Shown piece after piece: positions 9,583 to 18,910 of a stretch of 64,000 nucleotides of DNA (position 1 is its first letter; every line of letters begins with the position of its first letter). A program made the position numbers and the translations under genes. Where the stretch lies: IMG/VR virus record IMGVR_UViG_3300028802_000009, positions 9,142 through 73,141 of that record. One strand, given 5' to 3'. The stretch comes from a virus. Below the pieces are notes generated by a model. The model worked only from the letters and a program-made list of their open reading frames with translations, made no database searches and had not been told where the DNA came from.

Positions 9583-10461
9583 TTACACCAAAAGCTTCCA
9601 GACCGCGTCGCGCCACCAGCTGGCAACGCGCTTTAGCCACTGACGCGGAGTTGCGAGCGGCGCCTCTGGCTGCGGCTCCTCTGGCGGCGGCGCTGGCGGT
9701 CTCGCCTCCTCCACAAGGGCACGCATTTTGATGGGGTCTCCGGTCGCCCGATGATATCGGCTCGCCAGGTGTCCGTTCATACCGGGACGCTCCTGCCCCT
9801 CCCACATCTTGTTGGACGCATTAAACCCGATGCTCGGGTGCCACAGATGCAAGACTTCGGCATTCAAGGTCTTGTGCTTGCCGTACAACGTGTCGACAGC
9901 TCGCACGAAGGCCACGTCCTCACCACCCCAACCTTCGAATCTACGGTCCATGCCGCCAACGCTCTCAAAAGCCTCTCGGGGCATAATTTGCACCATCGCC
10001 CCGAAATGGTGACCATACGTGGCAGTGGTCATTGACTCCACGTCATCTGGTGACGGCGGTGACGGCAACCTAACCGGCCACTTCGGGTCTGAGTTCAAGA
10101 TCAGCTCCGTACTCGCCTCTACGAGACGGTACAAACGACGGTACGGAATGAACCAGCGGTTTTGACCTCGACGAGCCGACTCCTCGATGGCTCGCGCAGC
10201 CCGAAGAATCGTATCGCCCCGAAGATAGGCATCAGAATCCAACAACACAAAGATGCGGCCATGTGCCTTCTTGGCAGCATCATTGAGCGCCTCAGTCTTA
10301 GAGAACGCCGCGGCCGTAGACGTGCCGATCACGACCTCCGCGTCGGGCAACTCATATTGCCAATAGGTTCGCAACCAACTCCACAGGCGAGTCCGGTGTG
10401 GCGACGACGCGCTGGCCCGAAACGGAACCAACAATGAGATTTGCGGTCTAGGATAGCTCAT
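9583..10461 (-). CDS. Glycosyltransferase, GT-A fold (GT2/GT7-like)
   Basis: ISLLVPFR, ALNDAAK, DxD motif (LDSDA), GGMDRRFEGWGGED, HLWHP. Confidence 0.9.
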   Translation of the reverse strand: MSYPRPQISLLVPFRASASSPHRTRLWSWLRTYWQYELPDAEVVIGTSTAAAFSKTEALNDAAKKAHGRIFVLLDSDAYLRGDTILRAARAIEESARRGQNRWFIPYRRLYRLVEASTELILNSDPKWPVRLPSPPSPDDVESMTTATYGHHFGAMVQIMPREAFESVGGMDRRFEGWGGEDVAFVRAVDTLYGKHKTLNAEVLHLWHPSIGFNASNKMWEGQERPGMNGHLASRYHRATGDPIKMRALVEEARPPAPPPEEPQPEAPLATPRQWLKRVASWWRDAVWKLLV

Positions 10462-11210
10462 TTGGACAACCCCGCCAGTTTGCGCCCGTACTCTTCGAAC
10501 ACGTCGAAAAGTTCGTGCTGACGATCTTGGACCTTGTAGCGATGCGCCTCCTGAGTCACCCCAACCTGAAAGGGGACGCCAACGGCGGCACAGTGATCGC
10601 GGAACTTGAAGTCACCGCCCTCCTTGGCAAACCTCTCCGTCATCTCGATTCTTCGCGGGATACCAAAGGCATCCGCCACGATGATCCCGTGAAGCGAGGA
10701 AGAAACGATCTTCCGGCACTCCCCGATCTTACGGATCACCTCAAGTGGGTCCTCCGTTGGACGAATGATCACGGGATTGTAACGCGCGAACTCAGGACGT
10801 AGCTCCAACGTCGTATCCGACCAATGCGGAACTAGCCCGAGCGCGTGCTTCTTTTCCTGCCGTGGGACAAGCTCGTCGGCAAGAAGCCCAGCGTCACCAA
10901 GAACAAACTCCTTCTTCACACCCTTGACGCACTGAGCGGTAAGCGGCCCACGCAACGCCAATACCTGCGCTCGCGACAGATCAATGCTGCTGCCCTCCTT
11001 CAATTTGCCAGAGCCAATGATCGTTCCGGACCAGCCCGGAGGAAGATGCTCAAGGACAGAACCGACGCAGACAAAACTAGCTTCGCTCACTGGAGCCCAA
11101 GCCACCTCTAGATCGGCAAAGTGTGACAGCAACAACGGTGTCAAAAGATCGCCGAAATTAGGTCTTCCCCGCCACCAATAGCCAAGAGGAGCTACGCGAG
11201 AAGAAAGCAT
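10458..11210 (-). CDS. Polysaccharide pyruvyltransferase family (ExoV-like)
   Basis: NFGDLL, VGSVL, LRGPLT, GLVPHW, SSSLHGIIVADAFGIP, FKFRD. Confidence 0.85.
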   Translation of the reverse strand: MLSSRVAPLGYWWRGRPNFGDLLTPLLLSHFADLEVAWAPVSEASFVCVGSVLEHLPPGWSGTIIGSGKLKEGSSIDLSRAQVLALRGPLTAQCVKGVKKEFVLGDAGLLADELVPRQEKKHALGLVPHWSDTTLELRPEFARYNPVIIRPTEDPLEVIRKIGECRKIVSSSLHGIIVADAFGIPRRIEMTERFAKEGGDFKFRDHCAAVGVPFQVGVTQEAHRYKVQDRQHELFDVFEEYGRKLAGLSK

Positions 11211-11258
11211 ATAGCATATTCTCCGTTGAAGGCCTACCAGTGTAATTTCATAAGGAGT

Positions 11259-12458
11259 CTATAACAATCCGTCGTCCGAAAACGCTTGGTAAACTGCGGT
11301 CAAGATCAGCTTGCGGCTGCGGGCGTTGAGGTCTTTCTCGATGTTCGACCACGTGAACGACAAGCGCAACGACGAATCAACCAACTTGGTACCGCTCATG
11401 TGCTCGCTGAGCTTGTGTGCCATTCGCACTGTCTCATCGACGATTTGCTGCATGAACGCGCGTACCTCGTGAGGGTCGTTTACGTAGTCTTTCTCATTCT
11501 TGACCTTGTAGTCCTTGTCATACTCATACTGGAGTGGCTTGCGGAACGCGGTCTCAGCGGCATGGGTCGTCTCGTGAATCAAGACAGTGTACAGACCAAA
11601 GGGAAGACAAGTCTCGGAAGTGCACTCGCTGAGTGGCGTGAAACGATCCGTGACAAACGAAGCCAGGTCCGTGTTGGACCCGTTGGTGGCGAGATATTCG
11701 TTCGGAGACATGGCCCCATTCAACTGAAGCGTCACCTGGACGAAAGCCTCTCCATTTTCAAAGTGCCGTGTCCCAGCCGTCCCCATTAGCACCGGATATG
11801 CCTTACGGGTTGCACGGGCCGAGATCACCAGCACATCGATTCTGAGCTGCTCTGTGCCATCCACTGAATCGACGTAGAATCTCGCTTCCGCCACGGCTGT
11901 ATCACGAGCACCGATCGGCTGGTCCGGATGCGGGTGACGTTCCAACCACCGCTTTACCTGAGGAACAAGCTCGTTTTGGACGACCCGTCTGATCAACGCC
12001 TTGTCTATGCGTATCGGTCGCGTCGCCATTCTGCGGTCATAGCTGTACCCCATCTTGACCTCCTTCAGCTGGATACCAGGGCGCAAGATGATCTCCCGCT
12101 CATGTCCGAACGCCTTGCCGCCAAGAGGCATCTCATCCTGGCCGTAATGCACCAAGGCGTCCTTGGCCCCGATCTCGTACGCCTTGAACAACGCCGGGTC
12201 CAGGTTGGGCTTCCGCGGCGAGACCGATGCGCCCCCCATGTCGCCGCGTGGCTTGTACCGATACACGGTCGCACTAGCGCCGTGCTCGGCGCGAAACGCC
12301 CGCTCCACGTCTGCGTCGTAGGCTGCCTTGGCTTTAGGCGACAAGCCCTCGTACGCCTCTAGCAGAGCGTTCTTGCTGGACCTGGACGGATGGTGGACCC
12401 AGTCCATGGCCGCTGGGTACATGGCATCGATCGCTTCGCCTAGCCACACGCCCAGCAT
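11259..12458 (-). CDS. Two-domain protein: ADP-ribosyltransferase-like N-domain plus HExxH metallopeptidase-like C-domain
   Basis: N-half has VYR...SVSP...HEREIIL (R-S-ExE). C-half has HETTH...YVNDPHEVRA. Strong internal SD (AAGGAGG) before an in-frame ATG at 12053. Confidence 0.55.
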   Translation of the reverse strand: MLGVWLGEAIDAMYPAAMDWVHHPSRSSKNALLEAYEGLSPKAKAAYDADVERAFRAEHGASATVYRYKPRGDMGGASVSPRKPNLDPALFKAYEIGAKDALVHYGQDEMPLGGKAFGHEREIILRPGIQLKEVKMGYSYDRRMATRPIRIDKALIRRVVQNELVPQVKRWLERHPHPDQPIGARDTAVAEARFYVDSVDGTEQLRIDVLVISARATRKAYPVLMGTAGTRHFENGEAFVQVTLQLNGAMSPNEYLATNGSNTDLASFVTDRFTPLSECTSETCLPFGLYTVLIHETTHAAETAFRKPLQYEYDKDYKVKNEKDYVNDPHEVRAFMQQIVDETVRMAHKLSEHMSGTKLVDSSLRLSFTWSNIEKDLNARSRKLILTAVYQAFSDDGLL

Positions 12459-12461
12459 AGG

Positions 12462-13379
12462 TTAGAACCCGATGAACTTCTGCGGGCTCAACACTCCGCG
12501 GCCCACGTAAGGACCGAACGCGCTTCGCAGTCCCATGCCAAACCGGGGCTGCTGCAGACCCTTGATGATGTTGACCGTCGCCTTAGTGTTCTCTAACTGC
12601 TTATCAAACTGGTCTGACAGCGACGAGAACGCGCCCTCATACTTGCTCGACTTCTCCAGATCGAGAGAAACCCCGCCAATTGAGTAGTTAAATTCGTCAA
12701 CTATCCAATTCAATCTTAGCGCTTGGATGGCAAACATCATTGCTCCAGTTAGGAGTAAGGTGCGCCACTCAGGGCGGAACATCACCATCTGATCGACCGT
12801 CTGAAACGGAGTGCGTGGGGGAGCCGATGAAATCAAGTCAAGCGAACGTGCCAAGTACTCCTGCAACTCCACATCTTCCCAGATGTAACCAAAGACCCTA
12901 CTGAACTGTTGTACCGTTTCTTCGTGTGAAGGTGGCCGAAAATGGTAGTTGCGATCTGGATTATTATCCCTAAGCAGGATTCTCAGCCGCCCCATGAGAT
13001 CGTACTCGATCGCCGTCGCATTGATCGCTCCCCCGGTGATCATGCTCGCGCTGCTCGTCGACAAGCCGGCCTTGTCGGTGACCGAGAACTCCTGCACCAC
13101 CTGTTGCTGCGCACCGCCGATGATCTCGCGGAACGTCCAACGGACCCGGTATTCGCCGAGATTGGCGTCAAGCGGGACGATAATGCTCGCAAAATACTCC
13201 CCGACCGAGGGGTTAGCCGGGATACGCATGGGAATGCCGACTAGCACCTCTTGACCCGTCGTGAAGTCATACAGGGCGTACGAGATCTCCGCGGCATTCA
13301 CCGGAGTGTTAGCGGCATTCACCAGATAGATGTTTAGGTCATTCCGGCCAAGCTGCTGCCCTCTGTAGAAGTTAGTCAT
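12462..13379 (-). CDS. Putative head-tail adaptor (neck) protein
   Basis: Ig-like N-domain, then a helical domain LRILLRD...WEDVELQEYL...YSIGGVSLD resembling head-tail connectors. Confidence 0.6.
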   Translation of the reverse strand: MTNFYRGQQLGRNDLNIYLVNAANTPVNAAEISYALYDFTTGQEVLVGIPMRIPANPSVGEYFASIIVPLDANLGEYRVRWTFREIIGGAQQQVVQEFSVTDKAGLSTSSASMITGGAINATAIEYDLMGRLRILLRDNNPDRNYHFRPPSHEETVQQFSRVFGYIWEDVELQEYLARSLDLISSAPPRTPFQTVDQMVMFRPEWRTLLLTGAMMFAIQALRLNWIVDEFNYSIGGVSLDLEKSSKYEGAFSSLSDQFDKQLENTKATVNIIKGLQQPRFGMGLRSAFGPYVGRGVLSPQKFIGF

Positions 13380-13399
13380 GCGTCACAGCCCCTAGTGGT

Positions 13400-13696
13400 T
13401 CAGTCCTTCGATGCGGGCTTTGGCGGCGGCTCAGACTTCTTCTTCTCCTGCTTCTTGTTGTGCTTGGCTCTAGACTCCAAGTCGGCCAACGACTTGTCCG
13501 CGTCTGTCGTGTCCTGCGGGCGAGCGACAGCGTGGGACCTTGCGTCGGCGTTGGGGTGCTCCTGCAGATACTTGTTGAGTGCTTCAGTGCTTGGAAACTT
13601 CTTAGCAAAGCGATACGCGATCGTCTCGGCTATCGACGCTTCCTTCAGAGCGCGCTCAAACTCCTCAACAGCTGATCTCTTCGTGATGTGTCTCAT
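13400..13696 (-). CDS. Small charged protein, possible head-internal protein
   Basis: KRSA, KEAS and IAYRFAK motifs; fits the gap between its neighbours. Confidence 0.6.
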   Translation of the reverse strand: MRHITKRSAVEEFERALKEASIAETIAYRFAKKFPSTEALNKYLQEHPNADARSHAVARPQDTTDADKSLADLESRAKHNKKQEKKKSEPPPKPASKD

Positions 13697-13699
13697 GCC

Positions 13700-14512
13700 T
13701 TAATCCCATCCGTACTTGCAATTTCGAGGTAGCGTGTCGCCGGGCACCGGACACAGCACCGAGTCGAACACGTAGAAGTAGCAGTCCTTCTCTATGGGAG
13801 CGGCACCAAAGGATATTTGATAGCTCCATCGAATCACCCATAGCCCCGGCTGGCCGCACTCCCCTGCAGTGCCGGTTGGGTAATAACACCCGAGGCTGCT
13901 GTTGCCGGGCTTGCGTCCGGACGGCCCGACCTGCTTCGGAGCACAGCCATTCTGAATCTGGTAAAGGGTATAGCTGACGCAGACCGGCCCCACGGGATTA
14001 CCGCTCTTGTCAGTCACGCACATCGTGAGCCCTCCAGGACCAAACTGCTGTCCCCAACGCAGCGTATTTGGGACCCGAGGGGTCTGGCAGATAGCGTACG
14101 GGACATGAATAACCTCCATGAACCCTGAGACGACCGACTGCCCATAGATGGGCTCCGGCTCCCAAACGAAGGCCCCGCTCGAACCAGCGGCATAGCCTTG
14201 GAACACCATGACATTCGAGAACACAGCGCTCACGTCCCCTGACCCAGTGACGGTCCCCGCGATATCCAGGATCGACTGTTCGACAACGGCCGACGAGCCG
14301 CTGGTAAGCCCGGACAGATTGAAGACCCTCACCGCGGAACCAGCAAAGCTTCCGACCCCGTGAAACGCCTGAAGTAACCACGGGTCAATCTGCGCCCTTC
14401 CGCTTGAAGAGGCAGCGCCGACCGTCTCGCCGGACAACGCCAGTGTCAACGGTAGCAAGCCTCGCACATCGGAGGTTCCATCCGCTGTCCCGCCTAGTAG
14501 AATCTCAGCCAT
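13700..14512 (-). CDS. Fibre-like protein with Cys-rich C-terminal Ig-like domain
   Basis: G/S-rich beta repeats; the C-domain aligns with the N-domain of the 12462..13379 neck protein. Confidence 0.55.
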   Translation of the reverse strand: MAEILLGGTADGTSDVRGLLPLTLALSGETVGAASSSGRAQIDPWLLQAFHGVGSFAGSAVRVFNLSGLTSGSSAVVEQSILDIAGTVTGSGDVSAVFSNVMVFQGYAAGSSGAFVWEPEPIYGQSVVSGFMEVIHVPYAICQTPRVPNTLRWGQQFGPGGLTMCVTDKSGNPVGPVCVSYTLYQIQNGCAPKQVGPSGRKPGNSSLGCYYPTGTAGECGQPGLWVIRWSYQISFGAAPIEKDCYFYVFDSVLCPVPGDTLPRNCKYGWD

Positions 14513-14527
14513 GGTTGATCACCCCTT

Positions 14528-14567
14528 AAACAAAATCATCCCGGAAACGTCCGCCTCCGAGATGATT
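14528..14567 (-). terminator. Intrinsic terminator-like hairpin
   Basis: AATCATCTCGGA-(10 nt)-TCCGGGATGATT followed by TTGTTT on the minus strand. Confidence 0.55.
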
Positions 14568-14590
14568 CAAGCTGTCAGCCACGCTCTGAC

Positions 14591-14860
14591 TTACTTCGGC
14601 TCAGGTGGGTCATCACCAGATTCGGGAAGCACCCCAATGGACGTAAGAGCCAACGCGTAAACCACATAGTACAACAGGTCATTTATCGGGTCAGTCTGAA
14701 AATACAGCCACACGGCGTGTGGTATGACGACAATCGCAGCTGGGAGCAGTATCGCAACGAGCTTCGGAACGCGACTCCACAGCGGCCGAGCCACATGGAG
14801 AAACCGACTCAGCAGCAGCAAGATCGACACCACTATCGCAACGACTTCAACAGTTGCCAT
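14591..14860 (-). CDS. Small membrane protein with about three TM helices (holin-like candidate)
   Basis: Three hydrophobic segments and a charged C-tail; SD AAGGAG; no endolysin seen nearby. Confidence 0.55.
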   Translation of the reverse strand: MATVEVVAIVVSILLLLSRFLHVARPLWSRVPKLVAILLPAAIVVIPHAVWLYFQTDPINDLLYYVVYALALTSIGVLPESGDDPPEPK

Positions 14861-14890
14861 CTCTATCTCTCCTTCATCTAATTAAGTCTG

Positions 14891-15286
14891 TTACGCCTCG
14901 ATGCAGATCAACTGTCCCGCAGGCATCCGGACTTGATCTTGCGCATCCACCGTTCGCGGAGCACTCAAATTGCCTATGTACAGGATGTGACCGCCTGCAC
15001 TAGCATCCATGAACGTGAAAGCAGCTATGGAACCCCAGAAAGTTTGAGCGACGGGGAACAACACATCGTCGACACTCACAACTTTGCCGTCCACTGGTAC
15101 CGTGAACTGAACCAGTTGCCGAAAATAGTCGCCGGCAGAGACCTCGGTGCCGGCATCACCAACGCCAGGGGCTACTGTGTAAAGCGCCACATAGATAGCC
15201 GGAGGAGGCGTGAACGGGATGCCACGCAGGGCAGCGTTCAAGAAATTATTATCAAGATAGATCGACTTAGGCATAGCTAGCAGCAA
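14891..15286 (-). CDS. Phage fibre-associated small beta protein, paralog 1
   Basis: YVALYT..P...G.EVS..DY.R...F...FP.A...WG motif; probable start MPKS at 15274. Confidence 0.65.
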   Translation of the reverse strand: MLLAMPKSIYLDNNFLNAALRGIPFTPPPAIYVALYTVAPGVGDAGTEVSAGDYFRQLVQFTVPVDGKVVSVDDVLFPVAQTFWGSIAAFTFMDASAGGHILYIGNLSAPRTVDAQDQVRMPAGQLICIEA

Positions 15287-15690
15287 CTCCCACTACCAGG
15301 AGGCTTGATAAAAGAAGCTGAGAGGCCAGACTCCATCGCCGGTGCTGATTGCACTACGTCGAAATCTTGAGCGGAGATCTGCTGACCAGCGGGATAAGTG
15401 AGAAGGTTCCGCCAGTAGCCGAGCGCATCGGGTCGAAACCGCACGCTGTAGAAGCCCGGATGTCCGGGGATCTCGTTGAAGTAAATGCGGCCCGCCGAGA
15501 CCTGTGCGTCAGTGACGGCGTTCCCAGATACCAAAGGCCAAGGCTGGATGGTGTTGTTGAAAAAGACCTGAGAGACCAAGACTCCCGGAACTAGCCCCGT
15601 CGCGCGCGTAAAGCCGTCGGGCGCAAAGAAGTCAACCTGGTCCAACACGACCTGGTTAGCCTGAACGATTCTACCGCGCGTGGTTGCCAT
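15277..15690 (-). CDS. Ig-like virion protein
   Basis: Beta-rich with GFYSVRFRP..LGYW; tightly packed between structural genes. Confidence 0.5.
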   Translation of the reverse strand: MATTRGRIVQANQVVLDQVDFFAPDGFTRATGLVPGVLVSQVFFNNTIQPWPLVSGNAVTDAQVSAGRIYFNEIPGHPGFYSVRFRPDALGYWRNLLTYPAGQQISAQDFDVVQSAPAMESGLSASFIKPPGSGSCC

Positions 15691-15851
15691 CAGGCTCCTT
15701 GCTTGGGCGGCTCCGGCTTAGTATCCGGTCTACGTGGCCGCTCACTAGCGGAGGTGCCCCGCATCACAGCCGAGACGCTGAACTGTCGAATAACCGCGGT
15801 CCGTGTCTCAGCAGACCCGGTGATATGGGCCTCGACATTGATGATTGCCAT

Positions 15852-16313
15852 TTAGCGTTCCTCTCTGCGTCTGTTTCGATTTGCTGCTGGAGTGATGGAA
15901 TAGGTCGGTGGCGGCGGGGCTTGAGGCACGACCCGAACAGTAGGGATAGTCGGCGGCTTAGCCGTCTGTGGAACTTGAGGACCACGGCTGAGATTGGTGA
16001 CCGTCGTCATCGTGGGGTCGACTACGACTACCGAGTTGCCGACAAGTGTCGCAACAAGGCTCCGCACAGAAACCGCAGCTGCTGCGAATAACGCGTCTCC
16101 TGGCATCGGCGACGTTCCCTGCAATAGGAAGCCGCCGTTCGGAACGACTGTTGTGCCACCCAACATAGCGGCCGTTGTCGAAACAACGACACTAGGCTGC
16201 GTCAAGTCAGCCTCACCAGGCATCGGAGCTGTTCCCTGCAATAGGAAGCCGCCAACTACTGCCCATGTGGTCTCAGCCGTAAGAGTAGCTATGCCTTCAT
16301 GTATTTCAGCCAT
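15852..16313 (-). CDS. Fibre-like protein with internal repeat
   Basis: GGFLLQGT(A/S)PMPG(E/D)A occurs twice, 39 aa apart. Confidence 0.55.
   Translation of the reverse strand: MAEIHEGIATLTAETTWAVVGGFLLQGTAPMPGEADLTQPSVVVSTTAAMLGGTTVVPNGGFLLQGTSPMPGDALFAAAAVSVRSLVATLVGNSVVVVDPTMTTVTNLSRGPQVPQTAKPPTIPTVRVVPQAPPPPTYSITPAANRNRRREER
16114..16253. repeat. 23-nt exact direct repeat (gttccctgcaataggaagccgcc) at 16114 and 16231
   Basis: Seen directly; 117-nt spacing, in frame within the coding sequence. Confidence 0.85.
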
Positions 16314-16411
16314 CGTTACCCCCGAAAGAGTCGAGATTTGGCGCCCAGCATGCCGATAGCGAAAATCGCCTGGCCACAGGAGGCTTTAGACGATGAGAAG
16401 ACCCCCGAGGT

Positions 16412-16813
16412 TTAGCTCTCCGCTACAGAGATCGCTCCGACAGCGAAGTTCAGCGAATCGCCAATCGCGACAGTCTTCGGGGCTGTAAGAGCGCCGTAAT
16501 AGAGTTGGTTGCCCGTGCCACTGACGGCGCTGCAAACAGCAATGGATGTAATGTCACCCCATGCCGCGGCCGCCGCGGGGAAAGTCACAGCTGCATCATT
16601 TGATGCGGTAGCTCCGTTTGCATTCGGAACTGGAGCCCCGAACGTAACCGGCAGCCTGTCATAGTCTGCGGCATCCACCTCCAAGCCTTCGCCAGTAGCG
16701 GTCGGCGCGGTCTTGAAGAGCGCAACAAACAATGCCGCAGGCCCTGTGTAAGCAACGGCGTCCAGAACAGCATTGAGTACCAAGACAGCAAGAGTTTGTT
16801 TTTTAGCAGCCAT
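16412..16813 (-). CDS. Phage fibre-associated small beta protein, paralog 2
   Basis: FVALFKTAPT...EV...DY.R.PVTF...SN...VTFP.A...WG...KTV..GD; co-linear with 14891..15286. Confidence 0.7.
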   Translation of the reverse strand: MAAKKQTLAVLVLNAVLDAVAYTGPAALFVALFKTAPTATGEGLEVDAADYDRLPVTFGAPVPNANGATASNDAAVTFPAAAAAWGDITSIAVCSAVSGTGNQLYYGALTAPKTVAIGDSLNFAVGAISVAES

Positions 16814-16944
16814 GTTTACCCCGATAGGTTTAGAGGACCATCGAATCTGGACCTGTCCCCGACTCTTTGCGGCGACAAGACCATTACGATCAGACGATCA
16901 CATCTAAGGATTATCGAGGCCGACTGCCGACTCGCCGCCACACG

Positions 16945-17247
16945 CTACTGCATGTGAACGACGGACTTGAGCGAACGGATTGAATACGCGTATGGCTGCG
17001 CGGCAACCTTCCCCGTATTGTTTATCCACGCCTGCTTCAGCTCGTCCATGTTGCCCAATGACGTGTCGAACACGAAGTAGGTTCGGTTGCCCTCCCTGTC
17101 GGTCCGAATCATCTCGACCCCGGCCGTCTGCAGGTACGCCGCGTAGTAGAGATCTGGAGTGCGAAACTCGCCGGGTCTTGAATTCTTCACTTCTGAGTCT
17201 CCATCTGAGCGCCCGAGGCGCTGGTTAGTGTAAGACAGCACATTCAA
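16945..17247 (-). CDS. Small putative DNA-binding protein (DUF5659-like)
   Basis: FRTPDLYYAAYL...G......R...R.YFVF pattern; start uncertain. Confidence 0.6.
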   Translation of the reverse strand: MNVLSYTNQRLGRSDGDSEVKNSRPGEFRTPDLYYAAYLQTAGVEMIRTDREGNRTYFVFDTSLGNMDELKQAWINNTGKVAAQPYAYSIRSLKSVVHMQ

Positions 17248-17263
17248 TCCTAATGTTCATGTG

Positions 17264-17285
17264 GCCGGGTCCCGAAGGACCCGGC
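17264..17285 (-). other. Perfect 9-bp hairpin with a cUUCGg tetraloop
   Basis: GCCGGGTCC-TTCG-GGACCCGGC on the minus strand, intergenic, no downstream U-tract. Confidence 0.75.
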
Positions 17286-17325
17286 AAAGCGTAAGCAAAA
17301 GCAAGCCAAATCTAGTGGCGAGTCA

Positions 17326-18441
17326 TCACGTCACGACAACCTGGACCGGCTTACCAATGTTCGGCCCGGTGGTCGCCACGTTTACAAGGCTCGTGTACTG
17401 AACTTGAACCTTAGAGCCGGCGACGCCGAGACCATTGAGCAATGGAGCCGGGATGACAATTGACGTGGGGGAGATCACACCCAGCGTGGCGCCCGCTATG
17501 GGCGTCTGAATCTTCTTCTGGTGAATCTGCACCGACCGCGAACCGTCTGCTGAATAGACGCGCACCACAGTCGCCTGATACTCGGGATCGCCGAGATTGA
17601 ACCCGAGGATAGTCAGGTCCCCAGCGGTTGCAGCTGCCGACGTGATCGATGTCAAAGGTACATCGTACGCCGTGGTGCCATTATCTTGTACAATGGAGAC
17701 CGCGGCGCCTGGAGTTAGGGCCGGAACACGACTCGGATCTGGATTATAGGCCAGGCTACGATACCCAGAGAGCATACCCACCTGGAAGCTCTTGATGAAC
17801 GCGTCAGTCTCGACAAAGCGAGGGGCAATCGAGCCAATCGCAGCGTCACGCTGCGCGGGTGTCCCCCCGGAGCCGAACTGAGTCTTGACGACACCTGCCG
17901 ACAAGTTTATTGGGCCTCCGATGGGCGAAGTTGCCGAGATTATCGCCGATGCCGCTGGCACAGTGAAAGACCCGGTAAGGCCCGCAGCGGTATTGAACGT
18001 CCCCGCGGTGCTTTCGATGTAGCTACCAGTGCCCCCCACCTTGCTCTGCAACACAAGAAACGCACCTGTCTCGTCCATGATAACGCTGGCGGCCAACGCC
18101 GATGCCCCGATAGCCGCATTCACGGCCTTCACTAGCGCGACACCCGAAGTATACACACCGGGAGGTATGGTCACGTTGGTGGTTGGGCCGGCAGACGCCG
18201 TCTTGGCGCCCAGCACGTTGTTCGTACCGTCAACGGTTAGACCAGCCGAACGATTAACAGTGCCAATAATCCCAGCCGGGAGTTGCGTCAATGCCGCCCC
18301 AACGGTCTCTGGGGTCGGGCGACCGAAACGCCGCTCCTGCCCCCGCGGCTCCGTTGGCGGGTTGTGCCGACTGACTGGTTCGAGGTCCATGACCGCTATT
18401 GGACCCTGCATGTCTCCACGAATAACTCCAACATACGCCAT
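17326..18441 (-). CDS. Virion structural protein with Ig/TIG-like C-terminus
   Basis: G/A/T-rich, GDLTILGFNL...TSIVIP; SD AGGAG. Confidence 0.55.
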   Translation of the reverse strand: MAYVGVIRGDMQGPIAVMDLEPVSRHNPPTEPRGQERRFGRPTPETVGAALTQLPAGIIGTVNRSAGLTVDGTNNVLGAKTASAGPTTNVTIPPGVYTSGVALVKAVNAAIGASALAASVIMDETGAFLVLQSKVGGTGSYIESTAGTFNTAAGLTGSFTVPAASAIISATSPIGGPINLSAGVVKTQFGSGGTPAQRDAAIGSIAPRFVETDAFIKSFQVGMLSGYRSLAYNPDPSRVPALTPGAAVSIVQDNGTTAYDVPLTSITSAAATAGDLTILGFNLGDPEYQATVVRVYSADGSRSVQIHQKKIQTPIAGATLGVISPTSIVIPAPLLNGLGVAGSKVQVQYTSLVNVATTGPNIGKPVQVVVT

Positions 18442-18444
18442 GAC

Positions 18445-18840
18445 CTAAACTCCTGTTGTAAGCCCGCTCGTTGCGGGTTCAGTAAACTTCCCACGCTGTT
18501 GATCAATCCTGAGCATTCTCAGCACCGCGCCGTAGTCCGCGTAGAATGCAGCCACGGACTTGATAAATTTGAGGTGGTCCGCTTGCCAAGCAAACGCGGC
18601 TTGTCGGACCCAGAGACGCATGCGGCGCAGATACTTGATGTACTTAGGCGCATATTCGAGCAGCTGCAGCTCGTGTTGCGCAAGCTCAAGGTTGAGGTAC
18701 CGTGCCTCGATGTCCTTGAGCAGGATCTGAACCTGGCGTAGAAAGAGCAACTTGCGTGGCTGCCAGACTTGATGGATCGACTGGAAGTCCTGGCTCGGCT
18801 CCTGCTCCAAGATCCATGAGAGATTTGGATAGAACGGCAT
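18445..18840 (-). CDS. Hypothetical helical protein
   Basis: Fills the gap between its neighbours with 3-nt spacing to the next start. Confidence 0.55.
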   Translation of the reverse strand: MPFYPNLSWILEQEPSQDFQSIHQVWQPRKLLFLRQVQILLKDIEARYLNLELAQHELQLLEYAPKYIKYLRRMRLWVRQAAFAWQADHLKFIKSVAAFYADYGAVLRMLRIDQQRGKFTEPATSGLTTGV

Positions 18841-18910
18841 CTCGATTCAGAGCTTTCGACAGGACAATCCACTGTTGTATAGCTTCCCACGCAACGCTTG
18901 CCTCTAAGAC

